Assembly (NCBI RefSeq): GCF_006345805.1
Contig: NC_043026.1
Coordinates: forward strand, 7,688,001-7,752,000
Length of the DNA stretch: 64,000 nt
Direction: 5' to 3'
Source: Octopus sinensis
Taxonomy: Eukaryota
Notes under the pieces: model-generated
What the model was told of the DNA's origin: nothing
What the model saw: the letters and a program-made list of their open reading frames with translations, nothing else
Databases searched by the model: none
Part shown: positions 23,568-37,389 of the stretch, one piece after another
Layout: each line of letters begins with the position of its first letter
How positions within the stretch are numbered: position 1 is the stretch's first letter
Program-made: the position numbers and the translations under genes

Positions 23568-26290
23568 TTGGAGGAAATTTCGAACCATACAAATAGGAAT
23601 GAATGTCAGTCATCAGTCAACCTCTATACTTTCTTCTCTTCCATCAAGCTCTTCATCATTGCCCTCCACCTCCAGCCATTTGTCATCATTCAGTATATTT
23701 GCCTATCAACCCATAACTTATTTCCCCTAACCATCCCTTACAACCTCTATCCAGTCCCCTTTCTTGTTCTACTGTCTCCAGAGACCACCCTCATGCTCTA
23801 TCCCTCTTTTCATCAATTACTCCCATTCATCCTTGTATAATGCTAATAACTATGTTGTTCTGCAGCAGAAACCTGCTCCGTTCTGGCCCCTTCCTTCACA
23901 CCACAACCCCTCATCTCTTACCACAAAGCTGGCCCCATCTCTACTGTAGCCCCCCCCCCAGTCAGAGAGGATCTTAGTCATGCAAGCTCCATGATGACCT
24001 CACTGGTGCTAGGAGCCAAGAAAAAAGCACCCAGTACAACATGTGGAGTGGTTGATGTTGGGAAGGGCATCCAGCCATAGAAATCATGGCAAAGCAGACA
24101 CGGGGGCAGGTGCAGTCCATGGACCCATTGGATCCTGTCCAACCCATGCCAGCAGGAAACAGGGACTTTTAACTTATGATGATATCACACACACACACAC
24201 ACACACAAACAAACAAATACACAAACAAATAAACACACACACATACAAACACACACATACAAATATACATAAATACATACAAAAACATATACACACACAA
24301 ACACACACACATACATACATGTATACAAGCACACACACATTGTTACAAATATTGTGATACGTATATGTATGTACATGTTTGTGTGTGTGTGTGTGCATAA
24401 CATTAATGGTTGTCAGTACTTGCTGCTTGCATTATTTGAAGAAAAAATGGAAAGAGAGAAAGAGAGAGAGAGAAAGAGCTGGCTTATGCTTTTTATAGTA
24501 AGAGGTACATCACTTCTATGTAGCTACTTGATATGCAAGAAATAGCAGTTAAATCTCTCTCAAATCACACCCTATTGTTTTAAAGAAGGATACACAACAC
24601 AATATACTCCCTCCCTAAAAAACAAAAAAATAGGATCGCCATGGCTGGAGTGTCTATAATCATACGTCTACTGGATCAGGACTGATCTGGGGCTGAACAA
24701 CAACAACAAAAGGAAAGGCACGTTAGATAATGTAGTCCTAGATATGCTATGCCAGTATGAAAGATGGGATGATCATAAAAATGCTCGATGAGACTGACCG
24801 AGGGCTAAATGACCACAACACACAATTCTGACCTTTGACCTTGAGGGAGGGCACGGAGTTTGAGGCTGATATGGGGGTATCCCTCCATCTCATGATGTTG
24901 TTTTAATGCTTAGGATTGACCCCCAGTTTGGGAATGTCAAGGTCATACATGCCAATGTCAAGGTCACCTGGTCAATGTCAAGGTCAAATGCTGACTTTAA
25001 CTGCAATGACCATACCCATACAAATAGGTATAAATACAAAGGTGAGACACGTTAATGTGAAGGTGACACCTTGAATGCAAGCTCGTAACCATCAAAAGCC
25101 TCGTTTATGACTGAAATGTCAAAACAACAACCGTAACACAGATCCTATGGAGACCCTCATTGTTGAAAAACTTTCGATTGAAGAAGTTACTTTTATAGTT
25201 TACAGGTCAGGTGTGGTGACATGCACCACTGCAGTGTGTTGCTGCAATTATCATCGATTTGTATGGTCCCAGATGACCTGTTGAGCAGAGTCCCAGTCAG
25301 TCCCCCTATCCATGAGGTCACTCCTCATCTGCAGTGACTATGTGGCATGCAGTTGACGAACACAAATAGCCAGCAACCCAGCCAAATCCTCAGTGAAGAA
25401 AACACTTCAGGATCTAAGTCGAGTTTAAAAAATATGAATAAATACACATTATATTTGACAGGGATCTGATTGCTAAAGGGTTTAAAGACAGAAGTTAAAT
25501 GTTAGTCTCAGAAAATCGAGCAACATGGCCAACAAGTCTGAGCTGGCATTCTGGATTCACACAAATAACAGGATGCATCCTAGTTTCTGAGAAGAGTTGT
25601 TGATTGGTTATGAAATCCAACCAATGGTAACCCATAATCCTGCAAAGCATCCTGGTACCAAAAGAGTTCAGGTGACTCCTAAAGGCCCCCAGTCAGTGTC
25701 CAAGTCTTGCAACAATAGAGCAGGACAGGGAGGACCAGGGGCCCAAAGACTTGAAGTTTTGTCCTTCCAGCACAAATATAAGCAGCACCAAACACCTTTG
25801 TTGAATGTGTTCACAACTGCACCAGTTCATTCAGTGAACAGAGATGAGTGAATTTTGTACATAAACAGAGTTCAATGTGGTTTAGAAACAACACGGAAGC
25901 TTGTATACAAATGTCGAGAGCCAACTCAGAAGAAATGAAGAGGTCAGTTAATGCATGAACCACTGCAGCTGATGTAAGGCCACATTGAAGCTAAGGACCA
26001 GCAAATAAAGCAGTATTTACAAAAACACCTACTTTTATACTGCTAAAGCCAATATTGGTTTCAAACTTTGGTACGAGGCCCACAATCGACCCCATTGTTA
26101 AATGGTCCTGAATTTACTGAACCCAAAAAGATGAAAGGCAAAGTCAACCTTGGCATAATGTGAACTCAGAACATAAAAATGGACGAAATGTTGCTAATGA
26201 TTCTTCCAACTCACCACCATTAAAGCCAATATTGCCACACAGGACAAAATTTGTGCATTATGCTAAAATTTGAAGCCAATATTATCATCA

Positions 26291-26333
<43 letters not shown>

Positions 26334-27188
26334 TTTAAGGTGGCAAATTGGCAGAATTGTTAGCACACTGGGCAAAATGCTCAGCGGCCTACTGTATATC
26401 TTTATGTTCTGAGCTCAAATGCCACCAATGTCGACACTCAATTTCATCTTTCCAGGGTCAATAAAATAAGTGTTAGTTGAGTACTGATGTTGGATGGGAT
26501 TGACTTAACCCCTCCCCTCAAATTGCTGGCATTGCAGGCTAGCACACTGGATGAAATGCTCAGCAGTATTTTGCCCGTTGCTACATTCTGAGTTCAAATA
26601 CCACCAAGGTCGGCTTTACCTTCCATCCTTTCAGGGTCAATGCATTAAGTACTAGTGAAACACTGGGGTCAATGTAATATCCAACTGTAATATTTTTTTC
26701 TTGGAAAATTTCCTTGGATTTCATCATCATTTAACGTCTGTTGTCCATGCTGGCATGGGTTGGACGGTTTGACTGGGCTGACACACTGGAAGGCTGCACC
26801 AGACTCTAGTCTGATTTGGCATGGTTTTCTGTAACTGGATACCTTTCTTTAATGCCGACCACTCCGAGAGTGTAATGGATGCTTTTATGTGTCACCAGCA
26901 CAGGTGCCATTTGCATGACACCAGTATCTGCCATGACTGCGATTTTGTGAAGTGGTGAGCATCAGGAAAGGCATCCAGTCATAGAAACCATGCCAGAGAT
27001 GACATTTCTGCTTGAAGCAGCCCAGCAGCGAACCAAATCCTGTAAAACTGTCGAACCTATGCCAGCATGGAAAACACACGTTCAATTATGATGAGAATAT
27101 TGATATATACACACTTCCATACATACATGTATACACATGTATGTGTGTGTATGTGTGTGTGTGTGTGTGCATCTGTAAATATATATAT

Positions 27189-28377
27189 ACACATAAGAGG
27201 TGCAGCAATGTCAAAGGAAGGCTAACTAGGAAGATAGTTTTTGTATGTGGCAGATGCTCAGGAGCAATAAACACTGAAAATGCGCAGAGACCAACTTCCG
27301 CCACATTCCAGGGAGAAAAACTAGAAATAGTTGATAGCTTCTGTTACCTAGGTGACCAAGTCAGTAGCGGGGGCGGGTGTGCTGAAAGTTTAACTGCTAG
27401 AGTAAGAATAGCCTGGGCAAAATTCAGAGAGCTCTTACCTCTGCTGGTGACAAAAGGCCTCTCACTCAGAGTAAAAGGCAGACTGTATGACGCATGTGTA
27501 CGAACAGCCATGCTACATGGCAGTGAAACATGGGCTGTGAATGCTGAGGATATGTGTAAGCTCGCAAGAAATGAAGCCAGTATGCTCCGATGGATGTGTA
27601 ATGTCAGTGTTCATACTCGACAGAGTGTAAGTACCAAAGAAGTTGGACCAAAGAAGCACCAGTTGTGGTGTGCAAGAGAGACGTCTGCGCTGGTATGGTC
27701 ATGTAGCGAGAATGGATGAAGATAGTTGTGTGCAAAAGTGCCACACCCTAGCAGTTGAGGGAACCTGTGGAAGAGGTAGACCCACGAAAACCTGGAATGT
27801 GGTGGTGAAGCACGACCTTAAAACTTTAGGTCTCACCGAGGAAATGACTAGAGACCGAGACCTCTGGAAGTATGCTGTGCGTGGGAAGACCCTGCAGGAC
27901 AAGTGAGACCACAACCCGTGGCCTCTACCTGGGATGTAGCCAGTCCACTTATGCATACCTTTCCTTCTTGGTATACAAAACTCTACTTGTGAAGACCTGT
28001 TGAGGCAAGTGAAAATCAAAATCGATCAACATCAATGGAAATTGTAGCTGTGATACCAGTGCCGGTGGCATGTAAGAGAATCATCTGAACGTGGCCATTG
28101 CCAGCGCCACCCCGACCAGCCTCTGTTCCGGTGGCACGTAAAAAACACCATCCGATTGTGGTCGTTGCCAGCCTCGTCTGGCACCTGTGCTGATGGCACG
28201 TAAAAAGCACCCACTACACTCACGGAGTGGTTGGTATTAGGAAGGGCATCCAGCTGTAGAAACACTGCCAGATCAGACTGGGCCTGGTGCAGCCTTCTGG
28301 CTTCCAAGACCCCAGTTGAACCGTCCAACCCATGCTAGCATGGAAAGTGGACATTAAACGATGATGATGATGATGAT
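27189..28377 (+). mobile_element. RTE LINE 3' portion
   Basis: HKRCSNVKG...FCYLGD...HGSETW; frameshift near 27635; ...LQDK*; 3'UTR and (GAT)n tail. Confidence 0.92.
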
Positions 28378-28405
28378 AATACATATACATATACATACAT
28401 ATATT

Positions 28406-28476
<71 letters not shown>

Positions 28477-29146
28477 TTGTGGAGGTGTGTGGGTTAGTGG
28501 TTAGGGTCATCATGATCGTACGATTGTGGTTTCAATTCCTGAACCGGACAATGTGTTGTGTTCTTGAGCAAAACACTTCATTTCATGTTGCTCCAGTCCA
28601 CTCAGCTGGCAAAAATGAGTAATGCTGCAATGGACTGGCTTCCCATCCAGCTGGAGAACACATATGCCATAGAAACTGGGAAACCAGGCCCATGAGCCTG
28701 GCTAGGCTTTAAAAGGGCACATTTATTTTTATGATATATATATATATATATATATATCATCATCAGTTGACGTCTGTTTTCCATGCTGGTATGGGTTGGA
28801 CGATTTGACTGAAAACTGGTAAGCCAGGGGGCTGCACCAGGTTCCAATCTGATTTGGCAAGGTTTCTACAGCTGAATGTCCTTCCTAATGCCAACCACTC
28901 TGAGAGCATAGTGGGTGTATAAATATATATATATGAGCTTTACTTTCTGAGTTCTAGCATTGCCCAGGTCACTTTTGTTTTTCATCCTCGAAGGGTCAAT
29001 AAGATATTACTCCAGCGAAGGGCTGAGATTGGTATAATCATTTTTATATCCATTTTCTAGCCTTGTGTCTAACCTAGACATAATTATGATGAATTGTGTT
29101 GGATGTTTATGCTTGTGTAAACATATGCACACTCATATATATACAT

Positions 29147-29191
<45 letters not shown>

Positions 29192-29425
29192 CATATACAC
29201 ACTCATACCTACACACAAACATACACATACATATGTACATACATACACACAAACATCCACACATACAGATGCACGCACATACACACAAACATACAACCAC
29301 ACATTTGTTATGTGAGAGATGTGCTTAAAGGACTTGCTAGAAACAACAGCCAAGCTGTCTTCAACTCACATCCCCCAAGGAAGGGCATTCTCTAAACTGC
29401 CTTTTACTAAACAGCTTCATATGTC

Positions 29426-29480
<55 letters not shown>

Positions 29481-32038
29481 TAATAATAATCTTCATCATC
29501 ACTATCATCATTACTGCACAATTAAGGTGGGTATACTCAGGGTAGACTATAAGCAGGTACAGAATCATATTGTTCCTAAGCCCCTGGCCAGCCTTGACTG
29601 AATAAACCTTTGATGATGGTCATATCAATTAGGATCATCTCATACATCTAAGAGTATCTTGGACTACATTATCCAAGATACCTTTCTTTTTTAAAGATGA
29701 TAGGACTGAGTGAGAATTAGCTGCTCTTTCTAATAGATGGAGCAACTACATACAAGCTCCATCATCGACAATTGTGGACCTCAATTCTGAGCTCCCCTGT
29801 CCAACCCACAAACATGCAGTATTTTGTGAAGGCTGTTCTGATGGAATCTACTGAGATTCTTGCTGTGCCTACCAAAAGAGGTACAGTCTATGTGGCTGTC
29901 ACTGAGTATCATGCTGTAAAAAATAGTCTCCATCTCACTGGCCCTTAGTTGATATAGACCTTAAACTTGAGGTTTGGAAGCTGAGACTTTCCCTTGTGTG
30001 CATTGCTGATTTCATAGGGAGAGAGCTGACAGCTTATGCAACCCCACTCAATGGTCTGCACAGTTGGGTTGCTGATTGTGATTAAAGTATTTCATCAAAA
30101 GGTTCTCTTCTGTCTGTGAAGACTTCATCTCCACCAACTGTACAAACAAAAGGGACATCATGTACCAACCAGCCCCTCATATGAAGCACTCACCTACAAT
30201 AATCAATCAAACTGTGAACTTTTTCACAGATTCAAACATCTGGGCAGCAACACAGCTCAAGAACCATCCATAGCAGTGAATAGGTACCATGGAGAAAGTG
30301 CAGTGTATCTATCTACCATGTAACAGTGTCACAGTCTGTCAAGCTGTAAACAGGTACCACTCAGAGATGCCTAACGATAAACAGCATGTAACTGTTGCTG
30401 TTTAGCCCCATGTCAACCCTGATCAAGTAGACCTATGACCAAATGCATTCCAGCCATGACTGTCCAGTAAGTATACAATATGTCTTTCTTAGTTTTTATA
30501 CAGCTTATGTGATTTGAGGGATGTTTGGCTGCAATTTCTAACTGAACAAGGCATCATCATTGTTGTTTAGCAGCAAGTCAGCCATGATTGAGAAGACCTA
30601 TAAATCCACCCAGGACCATCCTAATTGAACATTACATTATCCAACATGTTAGGATGTGATTTGAGAGAGACATTGCTGCTATTTCTAATAGATTGAACGA
30701 CTCCATAAGGGTTTTGTTACTAGATCCTAGTGTGCCTGTGTGTTTAGAAAGTTTCCTTCATAACCAGAAGTTTCTGGTTTCAATCTCACTGCACAGCACC
30801 TTGGACAAGTACCTCAACTTTCACCAAAGTTGCTCAACAGAAACAATATGCTAACAAAATAGTCCAAAACATAGGGATAATCCTCTGGACAATGTCACAA
30901 GTCCAGAAATATCAATATATGTAACTTGGTAACTTGCAAAGAATTTGGTTCTTAATGATTTTAGCAAGGATTTCTCGTTTTTGTTACTTTACACAGTTTT
31001 CACAAAATAAAAATCAAATGGAAATTGTAGTTAAGACACTTGTGCTGGTGACACGTAAAAAGCACCGTCCGAACGTGGCAGATGCCAGCGCCACCTGACT
31101 GGCATCCGTGTCGGTGACACATAAAACCACCAACCAATCGTGGCCGTTTGCCAGCCTGATCTAGCCCCTGTGCTGGTGGCACGTAAAAAACACCCACTAC
31201 ACTCACAGAGTGGTTGGTGTTAGGAAGGGCATCCAGCTGTAGAAACACTGCCAAACCAGACTGGAGCCTGGTGCAGCCTCTATGGCTTACCAGACCCCGG
31301 TCAAACCATCCAACCCATGCTAGCATGGAAAATGGACGTTAAATGATGATGATGATAGGTTTTAAACATCAGAGATTCAGAATCTATAAATATGTGATTT
31401 TTTTTTTTTAATTACAATCTGATTGGGATTAAGATGATATTTGAAAGAAGAGCAGAGGTGAAAGTTGAAAAATCTTTACATGTTTCAGGCCCATCCAACT
31501 ATCCAAATGGCAGGATCAATGTAGACAGACATTTCTTTGACTGGACAATTCTGTAGATGGGCCTTTGTGCCCAAAATACATACAAGTTTTTTTTAACTTT
31601 TATCTCTGCATCGTTAGAAGTTTTCCTCATTTCCCTCTTAATTTATTATGGTGATAATTGTTTAGCACTAAGTCAGAAGAAAGGACAGGACCTATAACAT
31701 TTTACTGGGTTACTGGCTTATCTAGAAGTGTGGAAAAAAGGTATCCACAAGGCCAACACTTGGACCAATTGCTTGCAATAGAGAGGGCTATGCTACAGGT
31801 ACCCAGTGACAAGGTACCCTTAACAACCCCAGAAGGAATAAAGGCAAAGTTGATTTGGGTGTGATTTGAAATCAGAATGCAAGAGGCTTGAATAAATACC
31901 ACAAGGCATTTGGCCTGATGCCCTAACAACTCTGACAACTTGCTGCAGTGTTTTTTAATAAATAAATAAATATATTTTGTTAGTATTTGAAGTACAGAAA
32001 TATATTTCATGACCACCTTATTATGTGTGTGTGTGTGT

Positions 32039-32071
<33 letters not shown>

Positions 32072-32999
32072 CATCGTCATCATCGTTGTTTAGGACTGGT
32101 CCCTAGCATCATTTTGGCAAAAGTTTACATCAAAATTTGTAGCAACATTATAGGAGAGTAAGTAACACCACCAATCAAGTTTAGATCTAAATAACTTTTA
32201 TATTTTAAAAGCAAAATACATTTATCTTAGCTACAGTGATAGAAGAAAGCATGAAGAATTTCACAGTTTTGGTCCCATGTAACAAAAATTTGTATCAAAA
32301 AAGTTGTGAGGTAAAATATGAAAAAAAATATTTTACAGTAATATATATATTATACACACACACACACACACACACACCATATGTTTGCAATATAATTTAT
32401 ATACACACCAAATGTACACAATTTAGATTTATATGTACACCAAATGTACATTCTGGTGTTTCTATTTTTACAAGCATTCTACAGCTCAAGGCCCTTCCTA
32501 ACACCAAACCCTATACAGAGGGGCCTGGGTGCTTTTCCATGGCAGTGGCACTAATAGGGTCACAAGACTAAAAATGCCCCTCAACTGAGCAAGGCTACAG
32601 TAGGGGAAGGGAAGGTGGCTTTATGCTAAGAGATAAGGGGTTAAAATGTAGCAAAGGATCCAAAGCAGAAAAGTCTTCTTGCAGTAGAGACAAGACAACC
32701 ATAGGAAATATACCAAAAATATATTGGAACTCAAAATGGGCAGAAATAAAAGAAATATTGGTTTTAAATTTTGGCACAAGCCCAGCAAGTTCAGGGGAAG
32801 GGCTCTGTCAATTACACCGACCCCAGTGTTCAACTGGTACTTACTTTATCAACTCCAAAACGATGAATGGTAAAGTTGATCTTGGTGGAATTTGATCATA
32901 AAGACAAAAATAAAATATCGGGATTTAGGAAATGAAATCAAATAGAGACAGGGTGGGTATAACAAAAAGATGAAATACGATTGCAGATGATATAGGAAT

Positions 33000-33900
33000 A
33001 ATGGGGGGAGGGGGGAGTGCCTTGATATGGGGCCAACAAAGAAGCCTTATTGATGCCACATCAACATTCCCACCAAAGTGCTCTCTCAAAATGTCATTCT
33101 TTGGTTCACAAACCCTTGGCTGCTATTTTCACCACTCCTCCTCCATTTGTTTTTCAAGTGACTCCATTGAGTTTTTTTCTCAACGAAGGCCTCTACCAAA
33201 GAGGAAAGTCTTTATCTTCATCCCTTTCAACCTCATCCACTTCACAACCTCTTTTGATAGGAAGGCAGTAAGGCAATCATTAAAGTGGACCTGGCTTATA
33301 ACCAGATCTGTCCCACATATGACAGCAGCTGTTCAACATATCTCCATGAGTCAGTAAAGCCAGAACACTGAACGAGTGAATGCAGAACGGTTTCATTGTT
33401 CTGCACCCATCTCAGATAGACCCATTTAATGCCACTTGTGTACCTGTAGAGTTTATCCCAATCTGCTAGCATCCATTTGTAGTATAACCAGGTCTAAGAC
33501 TTCTGGAAGATATCCATGGAAGTCCCCAATCTAAAAGAATTCCAGAACAGACTGGTTAGTTTGCTTCCGTCACTTTTTTTCCAACCACTAAACCCCTAAC
33601 AGATTGCTAAAGTGGAACATCCACTGAACCCGTTGCCTGACTGGTGGAGGGTGGTGAGCACCTACCCATACTCTAGATGCCAGGTGTCCAATCCTAGTCT
33701 TTGCTTCACCCTGGGCTGCAGCTCTGCCAGAAAATCAGGTTTCACAAATGGTGACCACACTTGTCCAGCATCAGAGAGAAACTGCAGCCTCAACAAACAT
33801 CTGAGTCTCAGCAGTCAGGACATGTTTAAGCCACCATTTGGAAGGTGTTAGTAGCACATTGTAGAATTTGAAGAAGTGGGGGAGGATTGTAGGAGCAGGA
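33000..33900 (-). mobile_element. Highly decayed LINE fragment (endonuclease/linker)
   Basis: Residual VLDLVIL motif and LINE-like composition; many stops. Confidence 0.35.
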
Positions 33901-34349
33901 GAAGAGGGAGCACATTGTTAGGCTGGTCTGGAGCATCAAGTACCCCACATCAATTGTGGACACCCAATAAATAAAAATTCAACTTTACATCATCAGGTGG
34001 TGCTAACATTAGGGTGGAGGACAAAATATCTTGTGGTATGACTTCTGGTCAAAGAGGTTCTGTGTTCAAACTGTGCCAAAATCAAATTTTTCTTTCACCA
34101 TTTAAAGGTACCAGTTCAGAAATGGAGGGGTGGATGATAGGGTGGTGATTGTGATGTGTAATGGTGATGGTGGCATGTGCAATGACATTAGTGAGTGGCT
34201 TTGTGTGGTGGTGGTGGTGGTGGTAACAGTGGTTGTGGAATATGTTGGCACTGGTAGAGGAGATACTGTTTATTTGGGATGGATGGCAGTAATGGGGTAT
34301 ATGTATCTGTCTATTTGTTAGTCTCTCCATCCCTCTCTCTATCTATCTA

Positions 34350-34387
<38 letters not shown>

Positions 34388-34518
34388 CAAAATAAGCAAC
34401 AAGGATATCCAGAGGATATCCTTGTTGCTTATTTTGATTATAATCACCTTATTTTAAATTGTATGGATAATACCGTACTAAATTCTGGTATCTCAACCTA
34501 AGTACTATATTCATCTGA

Positions 34519-34585
<67 letters not shown>

Positions 34586-35060
34586 GGTATGTAGAAAAAT
34601 ACAACATGGACAAGAACGTATAACTCATAGAAGACGATACAATAAACATGGACAGGACATTCGAACCCCTCAGTCTTCAGTCAAGAACCGGATCATCGTA
34701 GTAATTTCGGCTGATTAATCTTGATTAATCTGATTAATCTATATATATATATATATATACACATATATGTGTGTGTATGTGTATGCATGAGTGTGCACAC
34801 TCATATGCAGATACATATACACCACATCATCATCATTATTTAATGCTCATTTTCCATTCTAGCAGGGGTTGGACCATACACACACACACACACATTATAT
34901 ATATATACACACACACACACATACACTATGTACACAAACACACACACACTAATATTTTATAAGTTTAAAGCTAAAAGCGATCCCGTGTAAGCTTTAAGCT
35001 TATAAAATGTTGTTATTATTATTTACAGACCTGCAAAAGTCGACCAAAAACTATCGCAGA

Positions 35061-35061
<1 letters not shown>

Positions 35062-35120
<59 letters not shown>

Positions 35121-35207
35121 TGTGTATGTGTGTGTGTGTATGTGTGTGTGTGTGTGTGTGTGTATGTGTGTGTATGTGTGTGTGTGTGTATGTGTGTGTA
35201 TGTGTGT

Positions 35208-35249
<42 letters not shown>
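35062..35249. repeat. (TG)n microsatellite
   Basis: Direct inspection; source of the CVCV/HTHT ORFs. Confidence 0.95.
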
Positions 35250-35250
<1 letters not shown>

Positions 35251-35279
35251 GAATGGGGTTGGATGTTTGAAAGAAGTTG

Positions 35280-36800
35280 TGGCTTTCCGTTCTCTTTTCT
35301 TACAATGAAAATGAAGTGTATTATAGTAAACATCTACATGCGAGGATCGAACCTGTCCGCAGTATCAGTCGGAAACATGAGGGAAGTGTCTTTATTTTCC
35401 TTCTTTGTAACCACATAGTGTGATGTTGTGGTGTTCATGTTTTCTCTCCGAACTTTAAAGCCCCGAATTGACAAGCAAACGAAAAGGAATAATGTCTAGA
35501 AAGAAAAGACAGGGTTCGAACCTGCGGTCAGAGCTGTGCAAAAGGGAAGGAGAAGGTTTCAATCCCACCGGCGTTACATGAGGTTAATCTGTAGTTTGAC
35601 TGGGAAAATTAAAACCCTATCATCAGCGAGAAACTATTTCATCTCCAGCCTTAGTTCGCCTTGCAAATATATATTTAGAAAGTATTTATGTTATATAATC
35701 TTTTACAAACTATTAACGGCTCTCTTAGGCATGATTTTATTTTCTTATCTTTATTCGTTTCTACTCTCGGCCATCACTTCTTCTCAACATCTGCTTCGGA
35801 CCTGTCTTTTTTGTTCCCCAATTGTTGCTGTTTAAACACGAAATGAAGATATAATAACATAAAATATGAGTAACTTACAGTAAGTATTCCAATCTTCAGA
35901 CATTTTGCGGCGAGTGTTGTTGCTTGTTTGTTCGAGATCCCCCAGAGTTGTGTGAGTCTAAATATACAACGTGAGTATATTTATATCTTTCGGTTAGGGC
36001 TGACAATAAAACAGTTAAAGACGAGCAGAGAGAAATAGAGATAGAAAATAGAAATAGAGATAAAGAGAGAGAGAGAAAGAGAGGCAAATAGGTTCTAAAG
36101 AAAAATGAAAGGCAGCAGGTTTCGGGTTGAAGCAAAAGAATAAATAAATAAAACTAAGAAGAAGAAAAGTTATGAGGAGAAAGAAAGATGAGACTTCAAA
36201 ATGGTCGCAAAATAAGCAAAGAAGAATTTTGTTGTTGTTGCTGCTTAGTTTTGATGACTTTTCTTTGTTGGTTTCCACTTGTTTTTCCTTTCTAGCATCA
36301 ATGTTACACCCTAGGCGAGACATAGAAGAGAGACAGAGCAGTAAAATAAGGGTCCATCTGTCTCAGCTCTTACACTATAAGTTTTATTGAGCAGCCGACA
36401 CCAGCAGCAGACGAACCACAATGGCAGCGACTACCCAAAGCCGAGCAGCCGACACCAGTCTTACCCGAAAAACACTTTTATTTCAACATTTCACCTCTTT
36501 TAAAAAACATATCATCAAATAAACAAATATAAATACTATATTTCTACAATTTTAATTACTTTTTCAGTTAAGAAAATTTGTTTATTTCTTATTTCCTTCG
36601 ATTATTTTCCCCTCTTATCTCAGGCGCGCCAAAGTAAAGAAGGGAAAAGTTTACTTTCAAGTTAACAATTCAGCTGATCGAATCGCAGCATGGACTGTGT
36701 GAAAGACAGTCCCACATCGGTGGGTGGAGAGAGAGAGAGAGGTTCGGTATTTAAAACTAAGCAGCAACAACAACAAATAGAACTTAAAACATGAGTATAC
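35280..36800. promoter_or_regulatory. CpG-retaining, TE-poor promoter-like region
   Basis: CpG clearly more frequent than in flanks (ggcgcgcc, gccgac, tcgcag); no recognisable SINE/LINE copies; contains the putative 5' exons above and TATAAATA on the minus strand at 35985-35978. Confidence 0.5.
35879..35903 (-). CDS. Probable first coding exon of an unidentified gene (MSEDWNTY, phase 1)
   Basis: gccgcaaaATG context followed by ACT|gtaagt donor; upstream acceptor tatatttag at 35959-35958; possible upstream non-coding exon ending TCGG|gtaaga at 36465; lies in a locally CpG-rich region. Confidence 0.5.
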
Positions 36801-36854
36801 ATACATATTTATATATTTATTTATTTATTTATTGATGCTTAGCAGAATCAGGAG

Positions 36855-36907
36855 AGTGACTCAAGACTCAAGAGACTAGAGTTTCGTGTGTTATCACTCA
36901 TCAAACT
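36855..36907 (-). ncRNA. Type I hammerhead motif, sister of 37254-37306
   Basis: AGT-TTGATGA-GTG-ATAACA-CAC-GAA-ACTC-(16 nt)-GAGT-C-ACT. Confidence 0.55.
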
Positions 36908-37253
36908 AGCTTCATATTTACTAATACACGAAACTCTCGGCCCTTGAGTCTTGAGTCACTGTTGCTTCTGCTAAATATTAATAGTGTGCGTGTGTGTTTG
37001 TGTGCGTATAGAGTAAGAGAGAGAGGTTTGGTGATGCAAACAGGAAAAATAGAACTCAAAACACGAAAGTATGTATATATAAATGCTCTAATATCTATAA
37101 AGCCTTGGTTTTTTTATCTTATTGCACAAAAAATTCTTATATGTATGTGTGTATGTATATATATGTGTGTGTATGTATCTATTAATATTTAACAAAAGCA
37201 ACAGAGTGACTCAAAACTCGAGAGTCGAGAGTTTCGTGCGATAGCAGTTATGG

Positions 37254-37306
37254 AACCAGTTTGACAAGTGCTAACGCACGAAACTCGGATTTTGAGTCAC
37301 TCTGTT
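37254..37306 (+). ncRNA. Type I hammerhead motif with U3-A8 core
   Basis: AGT-TTGACAA-GTGC-TAAC-GCAC-GAA-ACTC-GGATTTT-GAGT-C-ACT; all three stems pair; GUC site at 37296-37298. Confidence 0.6.
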
Positions 37307-37316
37307 GCTTCTCCTA

Positions 37317-37386
<70 letters not shown>

Positions 37387-37389
37387 AGT

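Noticed and set aside
25148-25285. 45-codon ORF METLIVEKL... downstream of the TATA at 25029
   Set aside because: Short, no recognisable homology; not distinguishable from chance.
30083-30138. Minus-strand acceptor that could follow the MSEDWNTY exon
   Set aside because: Reaches a stop after 18 codons with no good donor and lies in decayed repeat sequence.
35007-35418. CVCV/HTHT ORFs (also YIYI ORFs at 39067-39599 and 62543-63209)
   Set aside because: Dinucleotide microsatellites. Only the embedded annexin exons near 62.5 and 63.1 kb are real.
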